The translations under genes were made by a program, and so were the position numbers. The notes under the pieces are model-generated. The model ran no database searches. It saw only the letters and a program-made list of their open reading frames with translations, and was not told where the DNA came from. From Octopus bimaculoides (lineage: Eukaryota), in assembly GCF_001194135.2 (NCBI RefSeq), contig NC_068983.1:28544729-28608728 (forward strand): a DNA stretch of 64,000 nt, read 5' to 3'. Shown here piece by piece: positions 1 to 11,305 of the stretch; position 1 is the stretch's first letter, and each line of letters starts with the position of its first letter.

Positions 1-566
1 TAAAAAAAAACATCCAAAAATGTTTGACATGATATTCTACCTTTGGACAATTGGCAGTTCTTGTGATCTTTTGTAGGCAAGTTCATTTACTCTATAAGTC
101 TTGTTTCTTTTACATTATTTTTTTCTTGAAAAACACATGAAGTGTTTCTAGCTGAAAATTCAATATCCTTATTGATGTGGAAATCTTGAATAATCTTGCA
201 CAAAATTTGTCAAGATTCCAAACAAAAAGCAATTCAAAGAGAAATTTCAATTATATCTTTGCTCTCTCATTTAATGAATTAGAAAATTTATTTTCTTTTT
301 AAAGTAGTTATTTTCTGCGCACACTTAACCTTAAGTTTTTCAACAATGTTTACTAATCTTTTGAATTTAATGAACATTTTGTCGGAATTATTAAAAATGT
401 ATGTTTATTTTGAAAATCTCAGTAATTTTAATTTTCTCCAATGCATATTTTATTTATTCATTGGATTCTATATCTATTCACACAATTGCATTAATTTCTT
501 TTAAAATTCTTGTATTTAAGAAAATTTTAAATATAAAACTTGTCGTCTTCCAAACGTCATGTGTGT

Positions 567-642
<76 letters not shown>

Positions 643-1247
643 ACAAATGAAAACAGAATAATTAATACAACATTAAAGTGAAATATAAATAATATGATGC
701 AGTCTTTTTGTGATAATACATCATAACTTTAAGTTTATACTCAGCTAATATTAAACATTTATTGGCCATCAAAAACTCAACTAGTTACCAAAATATCCAT
801 GATATATATATGCTGTTTATATAGATAGTTTTGGAATTGTATCCTGGGTTAACACCATATGAAAGTGCTCAAATCATTACAAATATTAATAGCAATGACT
901 GGTGCATACATATTTCTGTGTGTATGTATATACATATGCATGTGTGTGTGTATGTGTGCACACATGCACACACACATATGAGCACAAACACACACAAATG
1001 CTCACTTTTCTATACATCTGAAACATTTGTCTTCACAAAAAAGTTTTTAGGATGGATGCAATATATTAAGAAAAATCCAACTGGAAAAAAATTATCTCCA
1101 TTGAAAGAATGACTCCAAGCACTAAATACTGCCTGTTTTAATTGAATGCCTTATTGTATTTGTTCCAGTCTCTTGAACAAGTCTCTATACTATATATTGA
1201 GTACTATCATTTTCTTTCATTTACAAGCAGTAACATTTGGACATATA

Positions 1248-1454
1248 CTCTTTTACTTGTTTCAGTCATTTGACTGTGGCCATGCTGGAGCACCGCCTTT
1301 AATCGAGCAAATCGACCGCAGGACTTATTCTTTGTAAGCCTAGTACTTATTCTATCAGTCTCTTTTGCCGTACCACTAAGTTACAGGGACTTAAACACAC
1401 CAGCATCAGTTGTCAAGCGATGTTGGGGGGACAAACACAGACACACAAACATAT

Positions 1455-1539
<85 letters not shown>

Positions 1540-1704
1540 TACATACGACGGGCTTCTTTCAGTTACCGTCTACCAAATCCACTCACAAGGCTTTGGTTGG
1601 ACCGAGGCTATAGTAGAAGACACATGCCCAAGGTGCCACACATTGGGACTGAACCCAGAACCATGTGGTTGGTAAGCAAACTACTTACCACACAGCCACT
1701 CCTG
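1248..1704 (-). mobile_element. SINE family B, full length (tRNA-like head, internal (TA)n/(CA)n tract, GTAAAAGA-type tail)
   Basis: Matches the copies at 21289, 24184, 54779 etc. On the minus strand it reads ggagtggctgtgtggtaag...gggttcagtccc (Pol III A/B-box-like), then gggcaagtgtcttctactatagcc, a (TA)n tract, and ends aatgactgaaacaagtaaaagag. Confidence 0.9.
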
Positions 1705-2607
1705 TTACATTTTTTTCTCCTTTTCCATTTTTCATATTCTTTGAAAATCCATACTTTTAGTTAGATTAAAAAATTTAGTTTAAGCTGATCAGCATTAGTA
1801 TAGTATCAAACCCACAGATTTTAGAACCATAGATAATCACTTGGTTTGCCTAATGCATAGCACCAGCCCTGGTCATAAGATGGTCTCTTGGAGGACATCT
1901 AAAGTAAAATGTGTTTGTGCATTCATATATATAAAGACTTAAATTTTCCTTCTAACATTTTATTCAACTACTTGAATCAACCTTCAGGCAAAATATATTT
2001 CATGATAAATTTGACTCTCCTTTTATTGTTTCTGCTCATCAAACGATGATTATACTTTAAACTCCTTCAAAATAACAAACCCAAAATTAATATTTTATAT
2101 ACATACACACATACACACACATACATACATACATATATACACATCACGCATCCAACTCTTCTTCTTCTCTCTCTCTGCTGTTAAAAGAAAAAGCAATAAA
2201 AAAGGTGAAGTTCAATGGAAATGGTCTTGGAACTAGAAGTCTTGCAGAGAAATGCAAGGAACTAAAACTAAAATGTAATATTTTTCTTCAATTTCTTTCT
2301 TCTCAAAAACACAGTTCAGAAAGTGTAAGAAATAAAAATCTGAAACATTAAAAACATTTGAAGTAGATAGCAGCAATGGAATCATTTTAAAACATTTGTC
2401 TTCAGAAAAGAAAAGAAAAGAAAAAAAAAAAACACAATGTATAAATAAAAAGAAGATTTAACCATCTGGAAAAAAAGAAACGTATTTACTGAAAAATTAC
2501 TGCAGGGTCTGAATACTGCTTGTTTATGATGATCACAGACAGCGATATATAGAAATAAATTGAAAATAATATAGGTACATATGTAAATATCTAATATACG
2601 TAGATTA

Positions 2608-2650
<43 letters not shown>

Positions 2651-3059
2651 NNNNNNNNNNNNNNNNNNNNNNNNNNNNNNNNNNNNNNNNNNNNNNNNNN
2701 NNNNNNNNNNNNNNNNNNNNNNNNNNNNNNNNNNNNNNNNNNNNNNNNNNNNNNNNNNNNNNNNNNNNNNNNNNNNNNNNNNNNNNNNNNNNNNNNNNNN
2801 NNNNNNNNNNNNNNNNNNNNNNNNNNNNNNNNNNNNNNNNNNNNNNNNNNNNNNNNNNNNNNNNNNNNNNNNNNNNNNNNNNNNNNNNNNNNNNNNNNNN
2901 NNNNNNNNNNNNNNNNNNNNNNNNNNNNNNNNNNNNNNNNNNNNNNNNNNNNNNNNNNNNNNNNNNNNNNNNNNNNNNNNNNNNNNNNNNNNNNNNNNNN
3001 NNNNNNNNNNNNNNNNNNNNNNNNNNNNNNNNNNNNNNNNNNNNNNNNNNNNNNNNNNN

Positions 3060-3112
3060 GGAACCATGTGGTTGGTAAGCAAGCTACTTACTACACAGCC
3101 ACTCCTGCACCT
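3060..3112 (-). mobile_element. SINE family B head remnant (body lost in the N gap)
   Basis: gaaccatgtggttggtaagcaagctacttactacacagccactcctgc lies directly after the gap; (TA)n on the other side of the gap. Confidence 0.8.
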
Positions 3113-3116
3113 ATTG

Positions 3117-3194
<78 letters not shown>

Positions 3195-3257
3195 CACAGA
3201 CAGACAGACACACAGACAGATAGATAGATGTATACATTCATTCTCTATTGCAATAAC

Positions 3258-3895
3258 AATGATAATAATAATTGTTTGAAATGTTGGCTCAAGGCCACCA
3301 ATTTTAGGGGGGAGGGGATAAGTCAGTGATGAACTGGTACTTATTTTATTGATTCCAAGAAAATGAAAGGTAAAGTTGAACTCAGAATGTAAAGACAGAT
3401 GAAACACTGCTTAGCATTTTACCTGGCATGCTAGCTATTCTGCCAGCTTGCAGCCAATAATAATTCTTTCTACTCAAGGCACAAGGCCTGAAATTTTGGG
3501 GAAGGAGTTAGTCTATTACATCAAACCCAGTGCTCCACTGGTACTTCTTTTATTAACTCCTTAAAAAAGAAAGGTAACGTCAACCTTGGCGGAATTTGAA
3601 CTCAGAACGTAAAGATAGATGAAATGGTGCTAAGCATTTTGTCTGGCATGCTAATGATTCCGCCAGCTTGTGACTTAGGTAATAATAATAATCCTTTCTA
3701 CTATAGGCACAAGGCCAGAAAGTTGAAGTAGGGGTGAAGGGCTAGTTGATTACATCAACCCCGGTGCTCAACAGGTATTATTTCATTGTCCCTGAAAGGT
3801 TGAAAGGCAAAGTCGACCTCAATGGAATTTGAACTTAGAACATAAAGACAGATGAAATACCACGAAGCATTTTATCTGGTATGTTAGCAATATGG
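3258..3895 (-). mobile_element. Head-to-tail array of three SINE family D copies separated by (AAT)n
   Basis: Three successive units of ctttctact..ggcacaaggcc...ggaatttgaactcagaa...ctgccagct, each preceded by aataataat. The minus strand gives the B-box-like GAGTTCAAATTCC. Confidence 0.85.
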
Positions 3896-5335
3896 TTGTG
3901 ATGTGTGTGCCTGGAGTACCCCTGTCAGATGAGTAGTCATGATGGGTGTATTGTTTTATAAATTTGTACCCTAGTGTCACTTTGAAGGTATGTGCTACTC
4001 ACTTGCTTGCTCAATCCCTCCCTTACTCACTCACCCCCAACACCACCAACAACAATAGGATGATGATGACAATGATAATTCTGAGTTAAGCCTCAATAAA
4101 TTGAATACCAAGCACCATTCCAAGTTTTCAGTTCAATGTGTTCTTATCGTAAAAACCCAGTTGTCAACAAATTTTCTGTGAATATTTAAATTTCCTAAAC
4201 TATCTCATCCCTGATGATATAAGAAAAAATATTAAGTTGAAAGCTATTTAAATAATTCTAATTCTAATATGCTTTTTGGCACTTTTAGCACTTAATCTTC
4301 CATACTTTCAAACTACATTATGTAATCTGCCACTCATCACACTTTAAGTAAAAACAAAGATATGAAGCAATGGAGACCATTATGTCACCAGGGTTCATTC
4401 TTGCATTTGAAGGCTTTTATTTTGTTACTCAACATTTCCATGTATCTTCATATTTTCCTTAATATATGTATATTAAGTATATGTTATACATATATAAATG
4501 TGTGTGTGATGCTTTTAAGTAGTGCTTGCAATGCCTAGTTTTCATTGTTACTGTTGTTTAGTCTTTGCAATCGTTTTTAAAAGAAAGAACACATTGCATA
4601 ACGTTGTCCGAGATACACAATGCTTCAGAAATAATGACATGGTCTTCTGTTGATCTTTTTCTTTTTACTTTTCCTCCCCCATCTTCTTTGTGTTATTTGT
4701 GTGTATGAATTTGTATATGACTTAAGGAGATTTAACTGGTATTTCTAGCAGACTGACTGATTATGTAGCAGTACCCTTGTTACTTAATCTGCATTTCAAG
4801 TTGATTCAATTAATAAGCAGTCAAAGTCCTGAATCCCTAACATTAAGATACACTCACACATTTACTTACTTTATTCACTTGATTACAGTTTAATGCAGGG
4901 TTAAAGCATAAGAAACAAAACTGCTTTTACTACATATAAAGCATGCTGTATATAAAGCATTACTACATCAAGAATACTGTAGCAGTAGATCCCCAATTTA
5001 ACTAAAATATTCTCAATTGTTTCACAATAAAGGACCCTCTGTTTTCAGCTGAATTTTCTCCACAGACCTCAGGCTTTTGAAAGATCTGTCTCTTCAATAA
5101 GTCAATTTTATTAACTAATAACATGCTTTGTTGTCCCAGTTTCTCCCTCAAGAAATATAGATGAAACACAAGAATCATATGTAATGGAATAATTATATGT
5201 TTTTTTTTATTTTTTACTCTGTAGCCTTTTAGAATTTTGAACACAGCTCATAGACCCACAATACTACATAATCAGTGACTGTAGGTCCCAGGTTAATGGC
5301 TACAAATTTAACGAGTAGCTATTCACCTGAACCTC

Positions 5336-5339
5336 AGGA

Positions 5340-5407
<68 letters not shown>

Positions 5408-5408
5408 A
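5336..5408. repeat. (GAAA)n microsatellite
   Basis: Direct read of the sequence; explains the KERK ORF. Confidence 0.95.
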
Positions 5409-5475
5409 AATCAATGGGAAGAAAAATTTTGTTCAGAAATCTGAAATAAGTTTTAGTGTTAAATATATTTCTTAC

Positions 5476-5518
5476 TCATGAATTCAGCAAGATTTTCAAT
5501 AATGACGGATTCACTTAC
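5476..5518 (-). other. Candidate 43-nt exon or recursive-splice (RS) exon
   Basis: Minus strand: tatattttttcttctttttcag|GTAAGTGAATCC...TTCATGA|gtaaga. Only phase 0 is open (VSESVIIENLAEFM). Confidence 0.4.
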
Positions 5519-6047
5519 CTGAAAAAGAAGAAAAAATATAACATAAGTATTGCAAAAATGAAATAAGTAGGCAAGCAAAATATGAATTCTTCTTACATGC
5601 ATTACATGTGTTTTAGAAAAATAACTAAGCTTTTTTCTTTATGCATGTGTGTACATGTGACTGGGTGTGTGTGAGTGCATGTATATGAGAGAGAAAGGGA
5701 AAGAGAGACAGACAATGATAGAGAAAGAGAGAGTAACAGCATTTTGAATTTGCACCTCTGAGATAATAAGGAATCATAAAGATGCAGAATTTTGAAAATA
5801 TCCTGTGAAAGTAAACATGGAGTGCATCAAATGAAATGCTATTCCTAAATTTCATTAAAATAATTCATCAATATAATTGCCATATTTTTTCCCTTCAGTA
5901 GCCTATATCTGCAATCATGGTTCTGATACTGAGCCTACTCTCCGCTTTGCATATCTTTCCAAACCACAATCAAGTTAATCATCCTGAAATTTTTGATTCT
6001 TACATTATGTCCACTGGTTACATTTATGAATTTATATTGTTGAGTTG

Positions 6048-6191
6048 CTTCAATAATAATTATAAACTAAATCCAGTAAAATACTCAAAATCGTGTGTGA
6101 GTTAAGGGTAGAGCTAACATCTGTTGCACCAGTAGATTTTTTTTACAAGTAAAATGACAATGAAAAATCCAAGTTTGAACACGCTTGAAGT
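6048..6191 (+). repeat. Left copy of a 144-bp direct repeat (long TSD) flanking SINE A
   Basis: About 93% identical to 6582-6724 by manual alignment (about 10 differences). Confidence 0.9.
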
Positions 6192-6578
6192 TGTTGTTGT
6201 TGGCACTCCGTCACTTACGACGTTGACGGTTCCAGTTGATCCGATCAACGGAACAGCCTGCTCGTGAAATTAACGTGCAAGTGGCTGAGCACTCCACAGA
6301 CACGTATACCCTTAACGTAGTTCTCGGAGATATTCAACGTGACACAGTGTGACAAGGCTGACCCTTTGAATTACAGGCACAACAGAAACAGGAAGAAAGA
6401 GTGAGAGAAAGTTGTGGTGAAAGAGTACAGCAGGGTTCGCCACCATCCCCTGCCAGAGCCTCGTGGAGCTTTAGGTGTTTTCACTCAATAAACACTCACA
6501 ACGCCCGGTTTGGGAATCGAAACCGCGGTCCTATGACCGCGAGTTCGCTGCCCTAAACACTGGGCCATTGTGCCTCCA
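6192..6578 (-). mobile_element. SINE family A, full length (tRNA-derived head, (CAA)n tail)
   Basis: Minus strand reads ggaggcacaatggcccagtg..tagggcagc...gtttcgattccc...ggagtgccaacaacaac; nearly identical to 9242, 36910 and 39690. Resembles the described octopus tRNA-derived SINEs (OR/OK group, from memory). Confidence 0.9.
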
Positions 6579-6581
6579 CTA

Positions 6582-6724
6582 CTTCAATAATAATTATAAA
6601 CTAAATCCAGTAAAATACTCAAAAGCCTGTGTGAATTAAGGGTAGAGCTAACATCTGTGGCACCAGTAGATTTTTTTACAAGTAAAATGAAGATGAAAAA
6701 TCCAAGTTTGAATACACTTCAAGT
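6582..6724 (+). repeat. Right copy of the 144-bp direct repeat (long TSD)
   Basis: Aligns end to end with 6048-6191. Confidence 0.9.
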
Positions 6725-7224
6725 ATATAAATATATTTCAAACATATACATTCGCGTTCATTTTCTGAAAATATTGATTAACTCACTGTTTTGATTCTTA
6801 TATATAAACAAGCAACAGACTATACTACTTTTTTTAGTTGATGTCCTGAGGACTTCCAACTCTGCCAGCTATCTGTTGATTAGATTTCAGATATCATGCA
6901 AACATAGAGTCGGTTGGAAGGCATCTCTTGACATCTTAGTTACTAGACTTACATCTATTGACAGTTGTGAGTTTCAGTGAAAAATCTAGGAACAGGGGCA
7001 TTGTTTAAACTGACCATGATATGGCAACGGTACTTCATTGATAACATCAATGTTTATTTTCCATGAAGGTATTCTTCAAATGAATCAATAACAGAAGCAC
7101 GGTCATGTGCCTAAGAAGTTTACTTCTCACTATGCCTGACTGAAGATACTTGGGCAAGTGTCTTCTCCTGTAAACTTTGGATTGACTAATGTATTGTGAG
7201 TAGAATCTGGTAGCTAAAAACTAT

Positions 7225-7498
7225 GCAAAAACCCGTGGCCGTTGCCAGTACCGCCTGACTGGCCTCCGTAGGATTTTCGAGCGAGATCGTTGCCAGTGCC
7301 CCTGGACTGGCTTGTGCGGGTGGCACATAAAAGACACCATTTCAAATGTGGCCGTTGTCAGTATTGCCTGACTGGCCTTCGTGCAGGTGACACGTAAAAG
7401 CACCTACTACACTCTCTGAGTGGTTGGCGTTAGGAAGGGCATCCAGCTGTAGAAACTCTGCCAAATTTAGATTGGAGCCTGGTGTTGCCATCCGGTTT
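7225..7498 (+). mobile_element. SINE family E (with internal ~55-60-bp subrepeats), truncated by a gap
   Basis: Contains ggttggcgttaggaagggcatccagctgtagaaactctgcc, shared with 13000, 16200, 32420 and 46300. Confidence 0.8.
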
Positions 7499-8720
7499 NN
7501 NNNNNNNNNNNNNNNNNNNNNNNNNNNNNNNNNNNNNNNNNNNNNNNNNNNNNNNNNNNNNNNNNNNNNNNNNNNNNNNNNNNNNNNNNNNNNNNNNNNN
7601 NNNNNNNNNNNNNNNNNNNNNATATATAGTTGAAAAGGAGTTAAGAATCCATACAAGTCAAAGGTTTTAAGTAAAAAGTATAAGTGGAAACAGAACAAAA
7701 GTATGTTGAAAGATAATTTTAACTTTTTTTTTCTTTAATCAGAAAGGATAAATATTTTTATATTTGTTATATCAAGTGACTTTTATAAAATATTACTGGT
7801 TTTGATGTGTATGTCCATCTTATCAAATACAAGCAGAAGGACCCGCCATTTGTACCTCGATGTGAAATGAATTTTTTTTACAAGTCTTTTTCAAGTGCAT
7901 TCAACATATCTGACCTCCAAATGGCACCACAAGCCACTTTTTTCCAGAAAAGAAAGGAGTGGAGGGGTGGTAGGAACCGCGGAGTTTCCTACCAATAGAG
8001 TTTTGTTTTGCAAGTTTTTGTTTTTCTTTTCCCGGTTACTTCACATACTTTCAACGAATGTGATATCAAAATCACGCGGAAATGAAGCATTAACAACATC
8101 AGTTTAGGTCAGTGAGCCTTTGAAAGTTATGGGTACTGTCCTTTCCTCCAGATCCAACATCTTTTATCGTTTACTTGTTTCAGTCATTAGACTATGGCCA
8201 AACTGGGGCACTACCATGTAAAAAAACAAACAGACAATCTTCTTTAAACATTTAAAGACAAAAAAGATATACACTCTTTTTAAAAGCTAAACTTTCTGTT
8301 TAATGCCAGTGATATTCAATTTAATATTTCACATTTAATTTTCTCTAGATAGAGAAGTATCAAAGGATTTAATCATGAAATGAAAAATAGTCTAAACATT
8401 TCTTTCCCCTCTAGCAAAAATAAAATGTACCTTTTCTTTAAAGTTTAGATTTTTCAAAGAAACTCCTTTCTATAAAAATTAAGACATGGATTAAAGTTCC
8501 AGAAGAAAGAAAAACAAATAAGAATTCTATAAATAGAACAGGAACCGCACAAACTGAATTGTTATAATCCATTAAATATGGATATTATTAATCTTTATTA
8601 CTTCAGAAGAACCAAAAGCATAATCACATGAAAACACCTCAACTCAAACTTTTTCTTAATCCTTCCCTTAATTTAAAGTGCCTTCACAGTAGGACATAAA
8701 ATTTGAATAGTAATATTTAC

Positions 8721-8753
8721 CAGCTATTAAGAATGCTTCAGGCAGCTGTGGAT
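8721..8753 (-). CDS. Candidate 33-nt coding exon of an unidentified minus-strand gene (phase 1-1: xPQLPEAFLIA)
   Basis: gcgtctttaaccttttcag|ATCCACAG...ATAGCTG|gtaaat; strong acceptor and donor, only one open frame. No homolog recognised. Confidence 0.45.
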
Positions 8754-9241
8754 CTGAAAAGGTTAAAGACGCAAACACAAAAGAGTATTCTTCTCTTCTC
8801 TTTGCCTGATAGAGATCAAATTATAATTTGAATATGTTATGAAGTAATAATATAAATCTCAGGAATTAAATCATAGTATTGAATGATTAAATGTCTCTCA
8901 TCATTGTTCCATGAGAAACATGAAATATTGTACATTTACACATAAGAATAGAGAAAATGGTGAGTAGATGCACAGCTGTGGCAGAATTTAGAAGTTGCTA
9001 TATCTCAAAACATTTCCTTTGTATCATTTAAAAGGACTGGCTTTCTAGTAAGCAGATTTCAATGGCAACAGTCCAGGGGATTAGATATATAGTATAAGAC
9101 TGAACAAACAAAATCCAATCCTAATTCATAGATTAAATTTCATTTGACTTGGTTTGGATCAGTTTGTCTTATTTTATTTGTATTTATATTTCATAAAGGT
9201 CATAAGGACATGTGATTTAGTACACGGTTAGGGTATTGGAG

Positions 9242-9632
9242 GTGGAGGTGCAATGGCCCAGTAGTTAGGGCAGCAGACTCGCGGTCATAGGATCACAGTT
9301 TTGATTCCCAGACCGGGCGTTGTGAGTGTTTATTGAGCGAAAACACCTAAAAGCTCCACGAGGCTCCGGCAGGGGATGGTGGAGAACCCTTCTGTACTCT
9401 TTCACCACAACTTTCTCTCACTCTTACTTCCTGTTTCTGTTGTGCCTGTAATTCAAAGGGCCAGCCTTGTCACACTCTGTCACGCTGAATATCCCCGAGA
9501 ACTACATTAAGGGTACACTTGTCTGTGGAGTGCTCAGCCACTTGCACGTTAATTTCACAAGCAGGCTGTTCCGTTGATCGGATCAACTGGAACCCTCGAC
9601 GTCGTAAGCGACGGAGTGCCAACAACAACAAA
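9242..9632 (+). mobile_element. SINE family A, full length, with 12-bp TSD, inserted into the head of an older family C SINE
   Basis: TSD AGGGTATTGGAG at 9230-9241 and 9633-9644. The flanks rejoin to ggttagggtattggag..gggttcaattcc..ttgtgtccttaagc. Confidence 0.9.
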
Positions 9633-11055
9633 AGGGTATTGGAGAGATGAACACAAGGTCATGGGTTCAATTCCTGTACAGGACAGTGCATTGTGTCCTT
9701 AAGCGAGACTCTTCATTTCACACTGTTCCAATCTACTCACTTGAAGATGTGTACGACCAAAGTACTAGTGTTCCAGTCTCTCTTTCCTCTCTTCTCTCTC
9801 CTCACACTCCCCTCCCTTCTGCACCCCACTCCTTCTCTCTTGCTGTCACATACTCGACACCCTGCTGTATAAAAGAAAGGTGAGCGAAGAGGGTGTCTAT
9901 ATCTGCTCAGAACTACATAAGTATCTAAAAACACAGTTAACAAAAGCACAGTATATGTATGTTGTCATATGATACTTGTTTTGCAAATGACAGCTATGAC
10001 TTGTCCATAAAAGTCAATGAAATACCATTTAAGGTTCTAAACTTAAACAGTAAGAGGGAAAATAATGTTTATTTTTGTATACTTCCACTTCATTTATATT
10101 TGAAAAGTTTTGTCCTATTTTTTTTAATTGCAAAATCTTTCATCAGATCCTCACAATGACAACATGAATGCTTTGAAATTATATTTCCAATCGTATAAAT
10201 TTTATTTTAGCAACTTTAAAGCGATTCATTTTGTGCCATAAACCATTTGCCAATTCTGTGGTGCCACCCACTTCCCTTGATCCAGTGCTCTCTACAATCA
10301 AAGTAGGCTATAGCAGGATTTGAGCTCAGAAGTAAAAGAACCACAACAAATACCAAAAAGCATACAATCCGACGCTCTAATGAATTTCCCAGTCCACCAT
10401 CCTACACTAGTACTACATTTATTAACCGCAGAAGAACAAAAATCAAAGTTTGCTTTAGTAGGATTTGAATTTAGAACACAAGCAGAACAAATACTCACAG
10501 AACTCCATCTAAGTATGCCACCAGTGCTTATTGCAAAAAATAATATGTGAACGGCATGACAGGAAAAGTTTCCCTGAGCAAAATATAAACTCAAAAATGT
10601 GATACACTAACGAAGACACTGTAATGCTTCTAATCAGCTCTCTCTCTCTATCTATCTCCCTCCTCTCTCTCTCCCTCTCTCCAATGACTACTGTGAGCAA
10701 CGTCTTCATGACTACTGTTGCTAATATTACTAACATGATGTTGGTGGCAATGGTAACATACTAATGAGAGACAACACAAGGCAAATTATCTGAAGCAAAA
10801 ATATTTTATTTCCAAGCATTTAATAACATGTATAATTTGGCACATTTTAATAGAAAGTCTCTAAGGTATAGAAATAAAATACATACATAAAAAAAAATCT
10901 TTAAAAAATATATACTTGCTAACTTACACACAAACATATACATGTGTGTATATATATATATGTCTGTGTGTGTGTATGTCTATAACTATAGACATGTACA
11001 TACATACATATATACGTAGATGCAAACACACATATGAATATATATATATATGTAT

Positions 11056-11166
11056 GTATATATATATAAATTCATAAGAATGGTACAACAAGGTACGGAT
11101 ATTTGCTATTCTCCAGCAAATATCGGTACCTTGTTGTACCATTCTTATGAATTTATATATATATAC
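11056..11166. repeat. Near-perfect inverted repeat (52-bp arms, one mismatch, 7-nt loop) inside (TA)n
   Basis: tataaattcataagaatggtacaacaaggtacggatatttgct / attctcc / agcaaatatcggtaccttgttgtaccattcttatgaatttata. Confidence 0.95.
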
Positions 11167-11239
11167 CCTTATAGGGTTATTTTTTCCTGGAAATTGATAC
11201 ATTTGTATTAATACATTTGTATTGAAATANNNNNNNNNN

Positions 11240-11305
<66 letters not shown>

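Noticed and set aside
7969-7993. 8-bp stem hairpin GGTAGGAA/TTCCTACC
   Set aside because: Too short to be significant in 64 kb.
9242-9320. tRNA-like sequences at SINE heads
   Set aside because: A/B-box-like motifs only; they continue into SINE bodies and I could not fold a complete cloverleaf.
10320-10550. Protein-looking ORF MSSEVKEPQQIPK...
   Set aside because: The DNA contains two degenerate SINE D segments (ggatttgagctcagaagtaaa.., ggatttgaatttagaacac..).
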